From positions 17,687,437-17,751,436 of the forward strand of contig OZ316895.1 in assembly GCA_973895155.1 (NCBI GenBank): DNA of 64,000 nucleotides. The letters are read 5' to 3'. Shown in pieces: positions 9,472-22,515 of the stretch. Source of the stretch: Marsupella aquatica. Lineage: Eukaryota > Plantae > Marchantiophyta. The notes beneath the pieces were generated by a model. The model did no database searches, was not told where the DNA came from, and was given only the letters and a program-made list of their open reading frames with translations. Position 1 is the stretch's first letter, and the number at the start of each line of letters is the position of its first letter. The position numbers and the translations under genes were made by a program.

Positions 9472-12400
9472 ATGGCTCACCTGTCCGATGTCAAGGTGTG
9501 TTCCGTGGAATTCTGTAAGCTCCTGTTTTGCTGTTGCAGCGGCATTTCTCCCTTCTTGCGTGTCTCTTCCATTTCATTAGAATTTCCTCCTTCTGAACGG
9601 CCATGATTCCGAGAGACCATGACACCAATTTATCCTTGATGGAAGTATGATCCCCAAACGATATGGCTCGTGGCTTAAGATATGACGGAGCCCTTTCCTC
9701 GAGCCAAATCGTCGTGTGTCTCCGCAGAGAGAAGTCCTCGGGCGTTTGGCACATTGAGTTGGGTCTCCAAAAGAACTTGAACTTTCGATTTCTCAAGCTC
9801 GTTCAACTGCGATCAGCTCATAACTTGACTGCGCTAACTTGAATTTGGGGGTCGCGATAGGTCGTGGGCGTGTGTCTCCGTGGAGAGAAGTCCTCAGGTC
9901 TTTGGCACACCGAATTGTGTTTCCGAAAGAACTCGGATCTTGGACTTCCCTCTGTGTGGAGAGAGACGCACACGAAGATTTAGCTTGAGGAAATCCCGTT
10001 CGCCTAAACAAAAAATCCACGACCAGCTCCAGGTCTATTGCAATGGGGCTCTTTGAGCTATGTCTGCTCCAAGCAGAGTTCCTTTATTTCTTGGATTACC
10101 TGGAGTACCAGCCTCTTATCTGTAACAAGATATGTTGGGGAGTTTTGCAGATAATTCTAGGTTCTTCATCAGTCACCCGCCAAGCTATACTCAAGGAGAT
10201 GGGCTTTGACTTTGTTGTTGTGGTATGCAAAGCTTCTCTACCTCTTGGTCCCTTTGGGAAAATCTCTTTGAAAGTCACGTTTACTAATGGCTATGCTGTA
10301 CTGTGAGTATGAAAAGTAATTCATCTTTTCACAGGGGAATAGTCATTAAGTCTTTCCGTCGGAGCAGTCTGTATTTGAGGTCACAAGCGTAGAAGGATTC
10401 ATTTCTTAAATAGACATTAGATGTATGCGCCTGTTTTAGAACACAATACTTATCACATTACTGGCTCGAGATGATAGGATTCGTTTTGGGGGCTGAGGCC
10501 TTTTAGTTTCAGAGACCAAACTCTGCGAATGAGACTTGGTTAGACTGTCTATTTATTTCAATCTCACTTTGGAACACTCACACACACCTACCCAGCTGCC
10601 CTCTTGATTGGTTTGGCTGTCACAAAGTAACGTTTGTCACATCTGCTCTGTTGCTCTTGATTTTCCATTCAATATTCAATATTGAAAATTGTTGTGAAGG
10701 TATTTGAATCTTTTTAACATTCCTGATTTCCTTTTCCTGCCAAGCATTTTCATCTCGATGGACCTACGGAAGACTTTGCACGAACTTAGTATTTCTACCC
10801 ACCATGATATTGTGGCCATAATCTGCCGTTTGTGTATATTCGTAGCAATTCGTTAAAGTTCATTGCTGGTTGCTGCAGAGTGCGGATATCGATGAGAGTT
10901 TAGTAAGGAGGGAGAAACCCGAAGACCTTGTCATGGCACTTGCCGAAGCAAAGGTAAATGATATGTCTTACGTGGGGAGTAATTTACTTCCTACAAACTT
11001 TGCCATACCCAAGACCTTAGCATAATTTTGGCAACGGGTGGTTTGCAATTGTATGATACTGAGTGATTATAGATCGTCAAAGAGTTCGCTTTCTGGGCTT
11101 GCTGTTGTTTCAGTTTTCTCAGCGTCTTTCAGATTTTTTTAAGCTACAGTAAAAATATCTATTGTCCGCTCAGCTAATTTCCTCTTTCATTCAACTTGGC
11201 AGGCACAAGCTATATTGGCAAAGTTAGCTGCGTCTCCAGCTACGGACCTTTTACAAAACTCTGAAACAACTTTGCTTATTACAGCTGATCAGGTAGTAGT
11301 GCTAAAAGGCCGTAGGTGTTTGTTAGGGAAATGTGCGTGGAGGATGTGTAGTCAATATCGTCCATCCTCAAGTTTGGTTCGGACTTTTGACTGCCCTATC
11401 CTACTTGGTTCCCGCTAGGTACCTGAGATTTGAACGTCTTGGGGGTTGGCTAATTGTGCCCGTATCAAAATATGCACAATGTTGTAAGGTCATGTTGTTA
11501 GCCATTTACTAGGTAAGACTTGCATCTGAGTTTGATGGTATGGGGTAAGTGATGAAGTGAGAAGGCAGGTGGTCGTACATGAAGGTAATATTCGAGAGAA
11601 GCCCCGGACTGTTGAGGAGGCCCGGCTTTTCATTGAAGGTACAGGACTGAGCACTGTGACGTCGCTGCCAGATCTTCTGGCTTTTGACCAGTGTTATGGA
11701 TGTTCGTTGCCGTGATTTCATGCCTCTATCATTTAGCCTGGCCTCTACGAGGAATGTTCGTGAACATGCTTTCCATGCTGCACAGAAGTCTGGGGTCCTC
11801 AAACGTTTGGGATTACGTTGACGCACTCTTGATTCCTGTTCCATGCTAGTTTAGTGATGCGCGATAAGTAGAATGTAAGCTGATACAAAGAGAACCTTTG
11901 ACTTGGTGGTATCTTTTGGCTAGGATACTCAAGATCACCTGCCAACACTGTGGGAGCTGTACTAGTAACCAATCTTACAACAGGCGCTACTAAGGGTGGT
12001 GTTGATCGAACTGAGGTTTGCTTTCTATCTCTTTACTTGGAGGACTCTTAAATGTACTCAGCGTGTGTTGTAGACACATGCGAAGACTCCTTTGCACTTC
12101 TGCCGAATGCTTCTTGATTCAAATGCTGTTTGGAATCTGCCTTCTCCTACCGACAATGTGAATGTCGTGCAAAGGGATCAGTGAAGAGAAAACCTGATTT
12201 GTTTACCTCTAAAGACCACTCTTCAAGAGGAAAATGTATTAAGATTTATGATTTATATTGTGGAAATCAGATTTCGAGTACTATAGCTCCTTTGTAATTG
12301 TTAATCTCAGGAAGTTATTGTGAGAAGTTTTGCATGTGATAAATGTCTTTTTGAGGATGCTAGTTCATGTTTTACTTGCTTGCTGATATATCTTCATCTT

Positions 12401-13037
12401 AACCAAAGTATTTGCTTGGGCTTCCTTCCAGATCTATTTCCACCCAATTCCAGATCAAGTCATCAACACCCTGGTCAGTGGTTCCCGTCTTTAGAAAATG
12501 GTTTTTCAAGCTGTATCTTCTATTAGACTGTGTCACAGGTATCGATTGCTATTTTCTGCCGAACAAACTGCATTCTTGGAATAATATTAATGGAACCTGA
12601 GTGGCCCGCATACCATCTTCTGAATACGAGATGAAGTTTGCTCAAAATTGGTCATTCCGAATTTGTGATTGGTACAGATTGAGGAAGGATCCGTCTTCTG
12701 GGCAGCCGGAGGTCTACTTGTGGAGCATCCTCTGGTTTCTCCTTTGGTGAACTCTATGGTTTGTGCGGCACCTTAATTGGATATCGTGTCTTTGTCCACA
12801 TCTTATGCACAGAATCTGTCGTTTAGGCCCTGGTATAACTTGAAACCATCTACTGGATGAATTCGAAGGCACCATATGGAGAAGTAACTGAGGATCACGT
12901 CTGCAGTTTTTTTTATAATTGTTTTTCTAATTACAGCATCTGTGTTGCAGGTGGGCTCGATAGACAGTGTGATGGGTTTACCTAAAGAGCTGACAATAAC
13001 TCTCATCCACGAGGCCTTGCAGACCAACAATCAATAG
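9472..13037 (+). CDS. maf: Maf-family nucleoside triphosphate pyrophosphatase (plant Maf-like, probably YceF/m7GTP type), 9 exons, 210 aa
   Basis: Exons 9472-9495, 10151-10222, 10879-10953, 11203-11292, 11569-11638, 11924-12015, 12432-12473, 12678-12758, 12951-13037. All introns are GT-AG and the exons join in frame: MAHLSDVK-IILGSSS.TRQAIL..MG-SADIDE...RREKPEDLV.ALAEAK-...LITADQVV...IREKP...EA-...AAGGLLVEHP-...DSVMGLPKEL. Exon 1 is the least certain. Confidence 0.92.
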
Positions 13038-14538
13038 TTGCTAAAGCAGGATCGCAATGCCCATGAGTACCTGGTGTAGGAATGACCCGACTGACTCTTC
13101 GTCAGTCTGTGCGTTCAACAGATTGACAGAAGGCCAGCATGATGTTTGTAATGCAAATGATTTTCTGCTTAAAGCCAGATATTTTACGTCGAAGATTCTG
13201 ATGGGGCCCTCGTAGATAAGAGGAGCAAGATCCATTGTACGTAGAAATAGGTTTGAGAGATGTGGCAAGGCCTCTCTAAGATTAGTGCTTACAAATGTGC
13301 AGCCCGGCGTACCTGCAGGACCCCACGAAGAAGAACAAAGGAGACGTATCATGTTCATTGAATAGGCAGCTTGCACATTAACTGTCGTTTTCCCCCTTTA
13401 TCGAGATTTTGGCCTTTGGGATCATGTCTCCCGGTAAGGCGGTTTTGTTCCCCCTGCAGTTCTATTTAATTATATTTATACTGTCGCAATGGCGCACATT
13501 GCCGTTCGTTGACCTGGCCGAGGGTGCCCTGGGTTTGGAAGTAGTGTCTGGTGGCGCCTACTCGAAAATAGCCTATAGTCCGGAGTCACTGTATACACGT
13601 TACGAAGAAAGTTGTTGAATTGATGCACAGCCGGCGGTCTACGTGGTGTAGAATCGGGGCAGATTTTGCCGAACTTCTGAAGTCCTCAACCGTCAAAAAG
13701 ATTTGGACAGACATTTGCCCCACTTAAGAGTGCGCGTGTACTCTGGTGAGCCAATGTTTTGTATCGTTGACTTTTTAAGCAATATATATTTCATGTGAGG
13801 CTCGGACAAATTTACCTAAATTTCTCTAGCAATATTCTGCTCGATATTTCCATCCGCATCCCTCTGTGGCTTGTGCAATGGATGATTGCTCTTCCTGTGT
13901 CATCGTGAACTCTTTACGAAAGCCTTGAGACGATCATTCCTGGAGATATAATCTCTTTACAACTCAATTGAATACTCATAGCCACGTAAAATTGATCTAT
14001 TAGGGATTAGGCCGGGATTGGCTGTGAGAGTTTTCGCAAAGTGCGCGCCGAGTGATGCCGGAAAGAGCCGCTGAAAGTGGAAAGGGGCTCGTCGTGTATC
14101 GTGTATATATACATGGAAGCTTTTAGATATAAACACTGGTGCGAGTTCTTTAAAGCACTTGAGATTTTTTTATGTATTGTGGAAATTTGAGAACAGTAAC
14201 ACCCAAAGTACAGGTCCCTATGGAGCCGCGAAGGCAATACAGTCATCTCCTGAGGAGAAGGGAAGCGCACAGTGTCCCACAAGATACTTCCAAAGTGGCA
14301 ATAAATGGTGCAGGACTAAATTCCGAAACGTCTCTTAAAGTAGGGGAAGGAAATTTCTCTTTTGAATGCCCCAAGCAAACCAACTAAAGCTCCGTTGACC
14401 CCTTTGCATTGTTCACTGTCCTTTAGATTCTTCACCTCAGTACATCATGTCGAAGGAGTTGCAATCTGCACGCGGCAACAATGTCTGATTCTAGAGATGA
14501 ACAAAACATTGTCCAACCCGTCCCCAGGAGTTCTCCTA

Positions 14539-15117
14539 CACCGTCAACAAAAAGAAACTACCAAATCCCCCACGAAACATTCATAGAATTATTCCACCAT
14601 GGTTTTTCCATTCACGGTTTCGGCTTTCTGTAATCGTAGTTAAATCGATTTTCAGAACAGTGCCCACCATGAAGAATGTGTCTGGGGATGGAATAGATTC
14701 CCGTATATTGAAAATGCTTACCGGTTCTCAGATTTGACCATCAATTGGAAACAAGTTAGAGACCATTTGACACGACCGGATCATGCGAAATCCTGGCTGG
14801 TGTATTGCTTCCGATGCCTCTGGAACAATTGATTCTAGGTAGCATACTCATACAAATCTGAAATATAGCTTCACCTTTCCGCATTGCAACCTAATTATGC
14901 TGACATCTTCCAAGACAAGCACAAACCAAACCAATGCAGTCATGGGCAGACCATGAACTGTGAAAAGCTATTGAAGGGATTGTAGTAACCAATACATATC
15001 CCTGTATATGTATTAACTACTATTACAGAAAACCTAAACCGTGAATGGAAAAACCATGGTGGAATAATTCTATGAATGTTTCGTGGGGGATTTGGTAGTT
15101 TCTTTTTGTTGACGGTG
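14539..15117. mobile_element. MITE / non-autonomous TIR element with about 105-bp TIRs and TA flanks (Tc1/mariner-like)
   Basis: CACCGTCAACAAAAAGAAACTACC... on the left and its near-perfect reverse complement ending at 15117. TA on both sides; no internal ORF. Confidence 0.85.
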
Positions 15118-16684
15118 TAGGATTACAGGTGACTAGACCATGAACGAGAGTGTTCATGAGATCATCAGAACACACCATTTGACTATATTTCGGAGCTTAG
15201 TGAAAGTCTGAAGATACAGTTGTTGTGGTGGAAGCAAAGTTTCTCATTTTCACTGTTTAACGCTGACCAGTTGCAGCTATAGCTCCACCATGGGAATCAG
15301 TGTTTCCTTGTTTGTGCGAATTTTCAAAACATTTGCTACCAACACAGAGGTTTCCAAAAAGATTTAGTTAACTAATCCAAAATCAATGGTCCAGATCTCA
15401 CCATACATGGATCTAACAGTCATAATGTGATAATACAAGTAAAACATACAATAATTAGAGGCTTATCAACCCCTCATAAGTGGGGTCATTGTAGCATGCC
15501 AAGAAACAGTAAAAAATTCTTTGCATGAGTAATTGTTTTTCCTCACATGACCCCTAATTTTTCTATATCCAATTGCTTAGCTAATAAGAAGCTGGTTGAT
15601 AACGTACATTTTTGGGGCTCCTCTTTTTGCTAGCAAACCCGCTAGCCATCTGGAGTCATAAAGAAACACAAAAAATAGAAATGGCAGAAAAAAAGCAAAT
15701 TGAAATTTAAAACTTTTAGTGCCTGCCTAACAACACTCTTCTTGATAGCAAAAGTGCTGTTTGCTCGCATTATACAATACCTTCCATAAGTGCCACCTGC
15801 AAAATACAAAAAGGAACATAGATGGGAACGCTTACATTAACCATGTGTCACTCTATCTTTATTGTATCCATCATTTCAAGAACGAAGTAAAGTGTTGCTT
15901 CTGACTCTTGAGAGAGATTTGCTTGGTGGGGTCTCACTTGAAAGCTGCCGACTTAACAAGTCCCAAAAAGTCCAAAATGACTTGGTGGGACCTCAAACGT
16001 AGGTTGGAGCCGTTTAGCAAGAAGTTGCCGGGCCCTGCAGATTTCTGACACCATACCTAAGTGAGAACAGGAAAATTTTACGTTGGGGGGGAGGGCAGGG
16101 CCTGTGTATTGTGTACCCATTGGAACACTCACGGGAGGCAAGACCCCACTGCATCACTCACGGGAGGCGAGGCCCTGGACTTCCTAAGTAAAACGTCGAT
16201 TGCCATTGATTGAGAACCCAATGTTGATACATTGTGGTGGATTGTCGAGAGTCAAAGCTGCGCTGCACCCGGCGCTGCACTGATTGAGAGGAGCTAGAGG
16301 ATTACTGATCGTTGAGAGTGATTGATTGAAGCTGCGCTGCCCTCCGGGCTGGGCTGCGAGAGGGTGAGGATCGTACAGAGTGATGTGGTCGATGCTATGA
16401 GGAGAGCTTTGACTGGAAAAGTGAAAGGGCTGATCGCCTGAAGCTGATTGAGCTCTCGATTGAGCTGCATGTTGGGGAAAGAAGTGATTGAGATGCGTGC
16501 TGGCCGGGGAGAGAAGTGAACTAGGTGCGTGCTGGAGAGAGAAGTCAGCGCGCTGCGGATCACTTGGGAGCAGTGTCGGTGCTTCATGTTGCGTTCTGGG
16601 GGGAGGAGTTAATTTGTGGTTGAAGCTGCAGTGCTTACACATTGCATCGCTTGCTCTGTGTAAGCTGTTCAGGAAGACTGTTCA

Positions 16685-17290
16685 ATGGCTAAAGCTATAG
16701 AGAACCATTTTGACAGCCAATTCTGGGTTGCTTGTCATGCATTGCTCTGGTTACTTGTAGAGGCACTTAGTGCCATTTTTGGCACTGTGCATCTCATGTT
16801 GGAGCGACTCCGCCCACTCCCTACTGCACTTGGATCTGAGCCAACAACTGTGGAAGGAGTCGTGCCTATCGACAATGAAGAGCTTCGTGGAAATGTCCAC
16901 ATATATCCACCCAATTGTTTAGTGTCTACTCCTTGCGCTACACCTAGTGCATTTCTCGGTAGTGCAATCACTAGACCATATAATTGTAACCTAGGAGTTT
17001 TCTCCAAGCAAAAATGGTATGCAGTGGCCATAGGGAGAACTCCAGGAATATACAAGACTTGGGAGGAGGCTGCCAGACATGTCAATAAGTACAGTGGGGC
17101 CAAACACAAGTCCTTTACGTCTATATTACAAGCAGAGAATTGGATGGACAGGGAGTTGGCTGCCACAGGATATATCCCATATTCACGTCATAGGCAAAAC
17201 ATAGAATTTATGGGATTAGACGATGCAGGGCATCATGTTTATAGATGTGTGTGTTGTGGTGAGATATTTTGTGGAAATGGCGAAATGTAG
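16685..17290 (+). CDS. MULE accessory ORF with an RNase H1 N-terminal hybrid-binding (caulimovirus viroplasmin-like) domain
   Basis: KWYAVAIGRTPGIYKTWEEAARHVNKYSGAKHKSF...AENWM (17012-17146) fits the YAV..GR..G.Y..W..C...V..Y.GA..K.F consensus. Hydrophobic N-terminus; C-terminal H..RCVCC....C. Confidence 0.85.
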   Translation: MAKAIENHFDSQFWVACHALLWLLVEALSAIFGTVHLMLERLRPLPTALGSEPTTVEGVVPIDNEELRGNVHIYPPNCLVSTPCATPSAFLGSAITRPYNCNLGVFSKQKWYAVAIGRTPGIYKTWEEAARHVNKYSGAKHKSFTSILQAENWMDRELAATGYIPYSRHRQNIEFMGLDDAGHHVYRCVCCGEIFCGNGEM

Positions 17291-17416
17291 AGATAGGGAA
17301 TTCTCACATACCAATTTCCCAATTTTGGAATAAATATGAAGCATTTTATTTGAATGAAGTTGGCGTGCAATTACAGTGGTTTTCTTGCTGCCTGTTTCTG
17401 TATGGTCCATGTGATT

Positions 17417-20279
17417 CTATGGGTCAAATGCTCCACTTGCTGATTCTCTTGCTATCTCATCTGCAAGGCTAATGAAATAATCCATGTCACTGACTTCACT
17501 TGGTTCCTGATCTGAGTTCATTGGATCCACACTATCAGATTCACATGAATTGTCTGAACTGTCCAACAATACTGCAAGTGGGCCTGATGGGTTCACTAGC
17601 TGAGAAGTCGGTTGTGCATGGTCACCCAAGTCTTGTCCATCATCTTCTGGTACTACTTGTGCAGGAGTTGTACCTCTATTAACAGGACAAGTTCTCCTGT
17701 TGTGGCCCACTTGACCACAAACAGAGCATTTTGTCTTTCCAGTATTCACTTGAGGCCTCCTGCTAGTCCTGGTTGAACCCTGCCTTCCTCTTAGAACTTG
17801 TTCGCACCTGGCTGTAGTTTGTGCAGTTTGCATTGGTGTGATCCTATGACTGTCATCTCGAATTGGAAATTGTCGAAACAAATTACCCTCTGCATCCACA
17901 TACTTGTCTTGAGCAAGTTCTGATGCTATGGATGATCTGTTGCCTCTCTCAATCTGCACCACTCGATGCCTGCCTTTTTTCACAGCTGGAATAGGAGGTA
18001 GAGAGTGCTCTGACGGGTCTAAATCAGAAACCAGGAAACAAGGTACCTTAGGCTCATATAACTTTCGCAAAGAAGCCATTTTCCAGCAGTGGTGGAAATG
18101 TTGAGTGAAGTCCTTCCCGTCCCTGTCATACCAAGCCATTAAATGTTCACATGGCCATAACATTTCTTGTATTTCCACACAACTGCAACTGAGTTTTGGT
18201 GATAGTGTGACCAAATACTCCTCTTGTTGGTCTGTGGTCTGAACTTTTGCTTGGCATTGTCCATCATCTAGCACTTGCCACTGTCCAAAGTTTCGCAGGT
18301 TCTTTGTGTGTCTCTTCAAGGCTTGCTGGCTGTAAGTCTCTTGTCTTGCAATTGCAGCGGATTTCTTGTTGTTGTAATGGGTCTGGATGTAATACCACAA
18401 CTCCATTAGCACTTTAAAAGGTGAAAACTCCCTAATGGGAAGCAGACCTGAGTTGGCTTGCTCCACAGGGTTGCTGGTAACCTTCCCAAGTTGGGGCAAG
18501 GGGAATGCATGTCTAGCATAACAATTCTCGTCCATGTCTCTGATGTGCTTCAGCCCCGTCTGACAGATGATGACAAGTGGTCCAACAACAGCTCAAACTT
18601 GCAACCCATGTGAATGCCAATGTATAAGCAAAGTCAATCTATGTAAGGTTTAGCCCTTCCTTAGTCAAACTGAAAGTAAAACATTTCACTGTACTAGACT
18701 TGGGCCTTAGCTTACCGTCTCTTAGTGTTGGCATACACACAAGCCAAAAAGATTCGTTCCGCTCCCTTGCCGTGACATTTCCTAACATTGGCTCTCAAAT
18801 GGTTGGCACAGTGGCCATGAACTTTTGTTGGGAACACATTTCGAACAGCTGCTTGCAAGCCCTTCTGTCTGTCAAAAATCAATGGAATCGTAGGGTCTAC
18901 TATGCCGTGAACTGATCGCTCCAACCATGACAAAAACCATGTCCAATTGTCAGTATTTTCCACAGGAGCAATGGCATAACATAGAATGTTCACTTGAGAG
19001 TTTCCATCAAGTGCTGTAGCTACAAAAAGTTGAATAGGATACTTCCAATTCTTGGTGTGGCAAGCATCAATGCACACCACAGGTTGGCTGTACTGTAAAG
19101 CTATGCGGGTTGCAGATGGGCATATGAAAGCTCGATTGAAAACTCTACTGCCTTCCACAGTAGACCAATCCACTACACACTCTGGATCAACAGCCTTCAT
19201 TCTATCCAGCAAAGATGGGATTAGGAGGAAACTCTGGCGCTGGCCACCAAGGTACCAATCTCTAACAAGATCTCGAGCCTGCCACATCTGATGGTAATTA
19301 CAACTCTTTTTGTAGTCCATCTGGAGTCCATTTAACATTTCCTTCACTGGCACTTGGACATTCAGCACTACTCGAGGCGCTAGCGTCACACCCAACCATG
19401 CAGATTTTTGGACAGGGCCTCGCCACTTATGCTTGTAACCTAGACATGTATGCTGCAGATTGCATACTGTGATTGTAAACTTCCCATCCTTCTCACGTTG
19501 ACATCTTACTCAAATGGGCAGGGCTGAATCAATTCAGTGTTGTCACTGTCTTGTGGTGGCAAGAACCGACATTGCTCTCCACATGCTCCGGTTTTTGACT
19601 GATTCCGCAGCTTCGCCCCTGCTGCCTGTTGCTGTGGAAAACTTGCAGGGATCCACTCCCTAGTATGTGCCACGTATTCTCTTAGGTTATTGTTAGTTCC
19701 AATGGACTGTGGAATAGTATTGGCCACAATTTCTTGTAATGGTGTTGTGGAATTGATGGGCCTTGGAGTAGTTGTCAGTTCCCCTGCAATGTCTTTGTCA
19801 CCACAATCTTCCTGGGATCCTGCCAAATTACTAAATTCAGCCGGGAATTCAGCTTCATGAAAGCCTGCAATTTCTATCTCAGAGTCTGGGCCTGAATTTG
19901 AATTGCTTCCTCTCCAACGAGGTCTGGTGTTAGGTCCAAATCAACAAACTCTAACTCTGAACTTGTATTTTGTCGCCAGCCTGTGGCTCACCCTCCCATA
20001 TAGCACACTCCATGAATCCAAGCAGCGATCAAATTCATTAAAAGTGGAGAAAGATTCTCCAAGCCTAATACGAGTAGCCTCCTCTTCCACCTCATGTGGG
20101 GACTTCCCTCTCAATAGTGGATTAACTTGTTCAATCTCAGAATTCCAAACTGCAAAATGACCCTGCAGCTCATTGCTTGGAGGCAACGGAAGCCTCTCAT
20201 GATCTGGAATGTGTAACGGATATGCATCCCCTCTCATCCAATCTGGCACTTCATTTTCATCACAGACTTCTGCCTCCAT
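17417..20279 (-). pseudogene. MuDR/Mutator transposase, disrupted
   Basis: MULE core (CIDACH...ATALDGN...ENTDNWTWFL...IFDRQKGL...HGHCANHL), SWIM zinc finger (CSC...PCEHL), zinc knuckle (CSVCGQVGHNRRTC). In-frame stop near 19941, frameshift near 19506, probable intron at about 18600-18715. Confidence 0.9.
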
Positions 20280-21708
20280 AGTGCAGTTCTATTCACAATT
20301 AGAAATTAGAAAGTGCAATTGGACAATCTATAGTGCAATGTCCAATTTCCAGTCTCGGGTGCCCTGCACACTGTTCCTCTCCCCACAACACACCTGCTAG
20401 ATCACAAAAGATTGGAAGGCTAATTTCGGGTGAGCCAATGCTAGCAGTGAAACCCTTCTCCCAACATGGAGCGGCAGATCGTCAAGTAGCCGCCCCGCTC
20501 TGCAACACAGAGCATCAACAACGCAGCTTCAACTCCCGGCAACTGCTGCTCGATCGTCGCATGTAGCCCGAAGCAGCAGTTGGGTCGCCGCATGTAGCCC
20601 TTAGTAGCTGCTCGAGAGTCGCATGAATGTATCCCTTTAGTTAGCGCCTTAGCAGAATGGAGAGAAAAACTGAGCATTGAATGGGACCCTGAACTCTGGC
20701 AAAAGATCCTCTCGTCGCAGCATTTACCAGCGCACAGCACAGTCACCCTAAACCCACGACATTGTTCTCAGCATGTCTGGACATTGTCCACATCACTCTC
20801 AAATGATACTCTCCGCTCCTCTTAGTGCAGCGCAGCATAGCTTGGACTCCAATCAACCACAATGTATAAACATTGGGTGCAATGGCACCCTGACTTTTTG
20901 CCACGAAACTCACGGGAGCCTTGCCTTGCCTCCCATGAGCGATGCAGTGGGCTCAAGATAAGCAGTGGGCTCCAGATAATGGGTACACTTCACCTCCCGT
21001 GAGCGATGCAGTGGGGTCCAAATAATGGGCACACAATAAGTTCTCCCTATCCTCGCTCCAACGTAGCTTTTTGCCGTTCTACAATAGGGTAAGGTGCAGG
21101 GCCGGCAAAGTCATACTAAACCCGGTCGATCCTATGTTTGAGGTCCCACCAAGTCATTTTGGACTTTTTGGGACTTGTTGAGTCGGCAGCTTTCAAGTGA
21201 GACCCCACCAAGCAAATCTCTCGACTCTTGACCGCTAAGTTTTTGAACTCCTCTAACAGTTAATGTGCTCCCAAAAATCCATTCCAAGAATGTCTCGTAT
21301 CCACATCCATTATTAAGAATATTAAGAGTGCTGGGGCGAGCACTTACGACGGGTATAGGATAAGTTGAATACCACGACGAAGGAGGTACAGTAGTAATCT
21401 CTCTCATTTCATTGTTAATTTATTTATTGTCATTAATATATGTGTAAAGCAACGGATCATATATCCTCCGCCGATAACTTTTGGCAGTGATTTGTCTGTT
21501 GAAGGTCAAACGAGCCTTTACTTCTTTGTCGATTCCAAGATCCTGGTTGATATGATGTCTCCGTTGCAAGTAAGGAAGGACCATGATTACCCATTGATGG
21601 GTGTTTGGCTAGAAATGGGCTTATTCTTCGGACCTTACAGTAATTGAAATATAGTCTCCTAGTCCATGCTATTTAATTACCCACGATCAATTCAATTCTA
21701 CAGTGTGG

Positions 21709-21914
21709 CCGTTGGATAGGGACTGTTTGATGGAGAATACTGTGCACTAATTCCGCTGGAAATCAATTTTTAATACCCTAACAAGATTGCATACTGTACA
21801 AGTATATGGGACCGTTGGATAGGGACTGTTTGATGGAGAATACTGTGCACTAATTCCGCTGGAAATCAATTTTTAATACCCTAACAAGATTGCATACTGT
21901 ACAAGTATATGGGA
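21709..21914. repeat. Perfect 103-bp tandem duplication
   Basis: 21709-21811 is repeated at 21812-21914. Confidence 0.9.
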
Positions 21915-22170
21915 GGGCCCCCGGCCCTTGCTGTTGTGTAAGGATCCCTACATTGGGGCAGCTATCTGTACAGTGTCAGGGAATTTGGTGATCTACAATA
22001 TTATGTGGTGTCTCGATTTTGTTTGGGGTGATTGATGGCATTTGGTCACAAGGAAATAACCCTAATTTGTTTTCAAAGTTTTAATAGCTTTTGTTTACGC
22101 TATATTACATTGACTGTTCCAGTTGGCCTACTTGTTGAAGGTAATTTTTCATATATTTGAAGGATCTCTG

Positions 22171-22515
22171 TGTTGAACATAGACAAAAATTGCAACTGCA
22201 AGCCCATGAACCATCCAATGCACAAGAGTCGACACAGAGAGATACGTGATTCACCTCCTCATGAGGCTACATCCACGGGAACACACACGAGTTTTACTGC
22301 ACTCTAGGCCGACCGGCCATACCAAGCATCCACAATGCAAGCTCTCTTTATCTCTCAACTAGCTCCGTAACAATGAGCCTGAGTTCCCACTCTCCAAGCA
22401 AACACCGCTTGGTTATAGAGTGTGCACAGCATGACTAACCTAACCAAGTCTGCGACTAAGGTTAGCCTTAACTACGATACAGTTGTAACTCTAAACCTAA
22501 GAGTAAATCCTAACA
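22171..22515 (-). mobile_element. Copia-family solo LTR
   Basis: TG...CA termini, 5-bp TSD CTCTG. Reverse-strand similarity to the LTRs at 28498 and 40611. Confidence 0.9.

Larger units (their letters stand above)
15912..21222 (-). mobile_element. Mutator-like element (MULE), 5311 bp
   Basis: About 95-bp near-perfect TIRs (GAGAGATTTGCTTGGTGGGGTCTC...), extending imperfectly for several hundred bp. 9-bp TSD GACTCTTGA at 15903-15911 and 21223-21231. Confidence 0.95.

Noticed and set aside
16735-17166. 143-aa minus-strand ORF
   Set aside because: Antisense shadow of the hybrid-binding-domain ORF.
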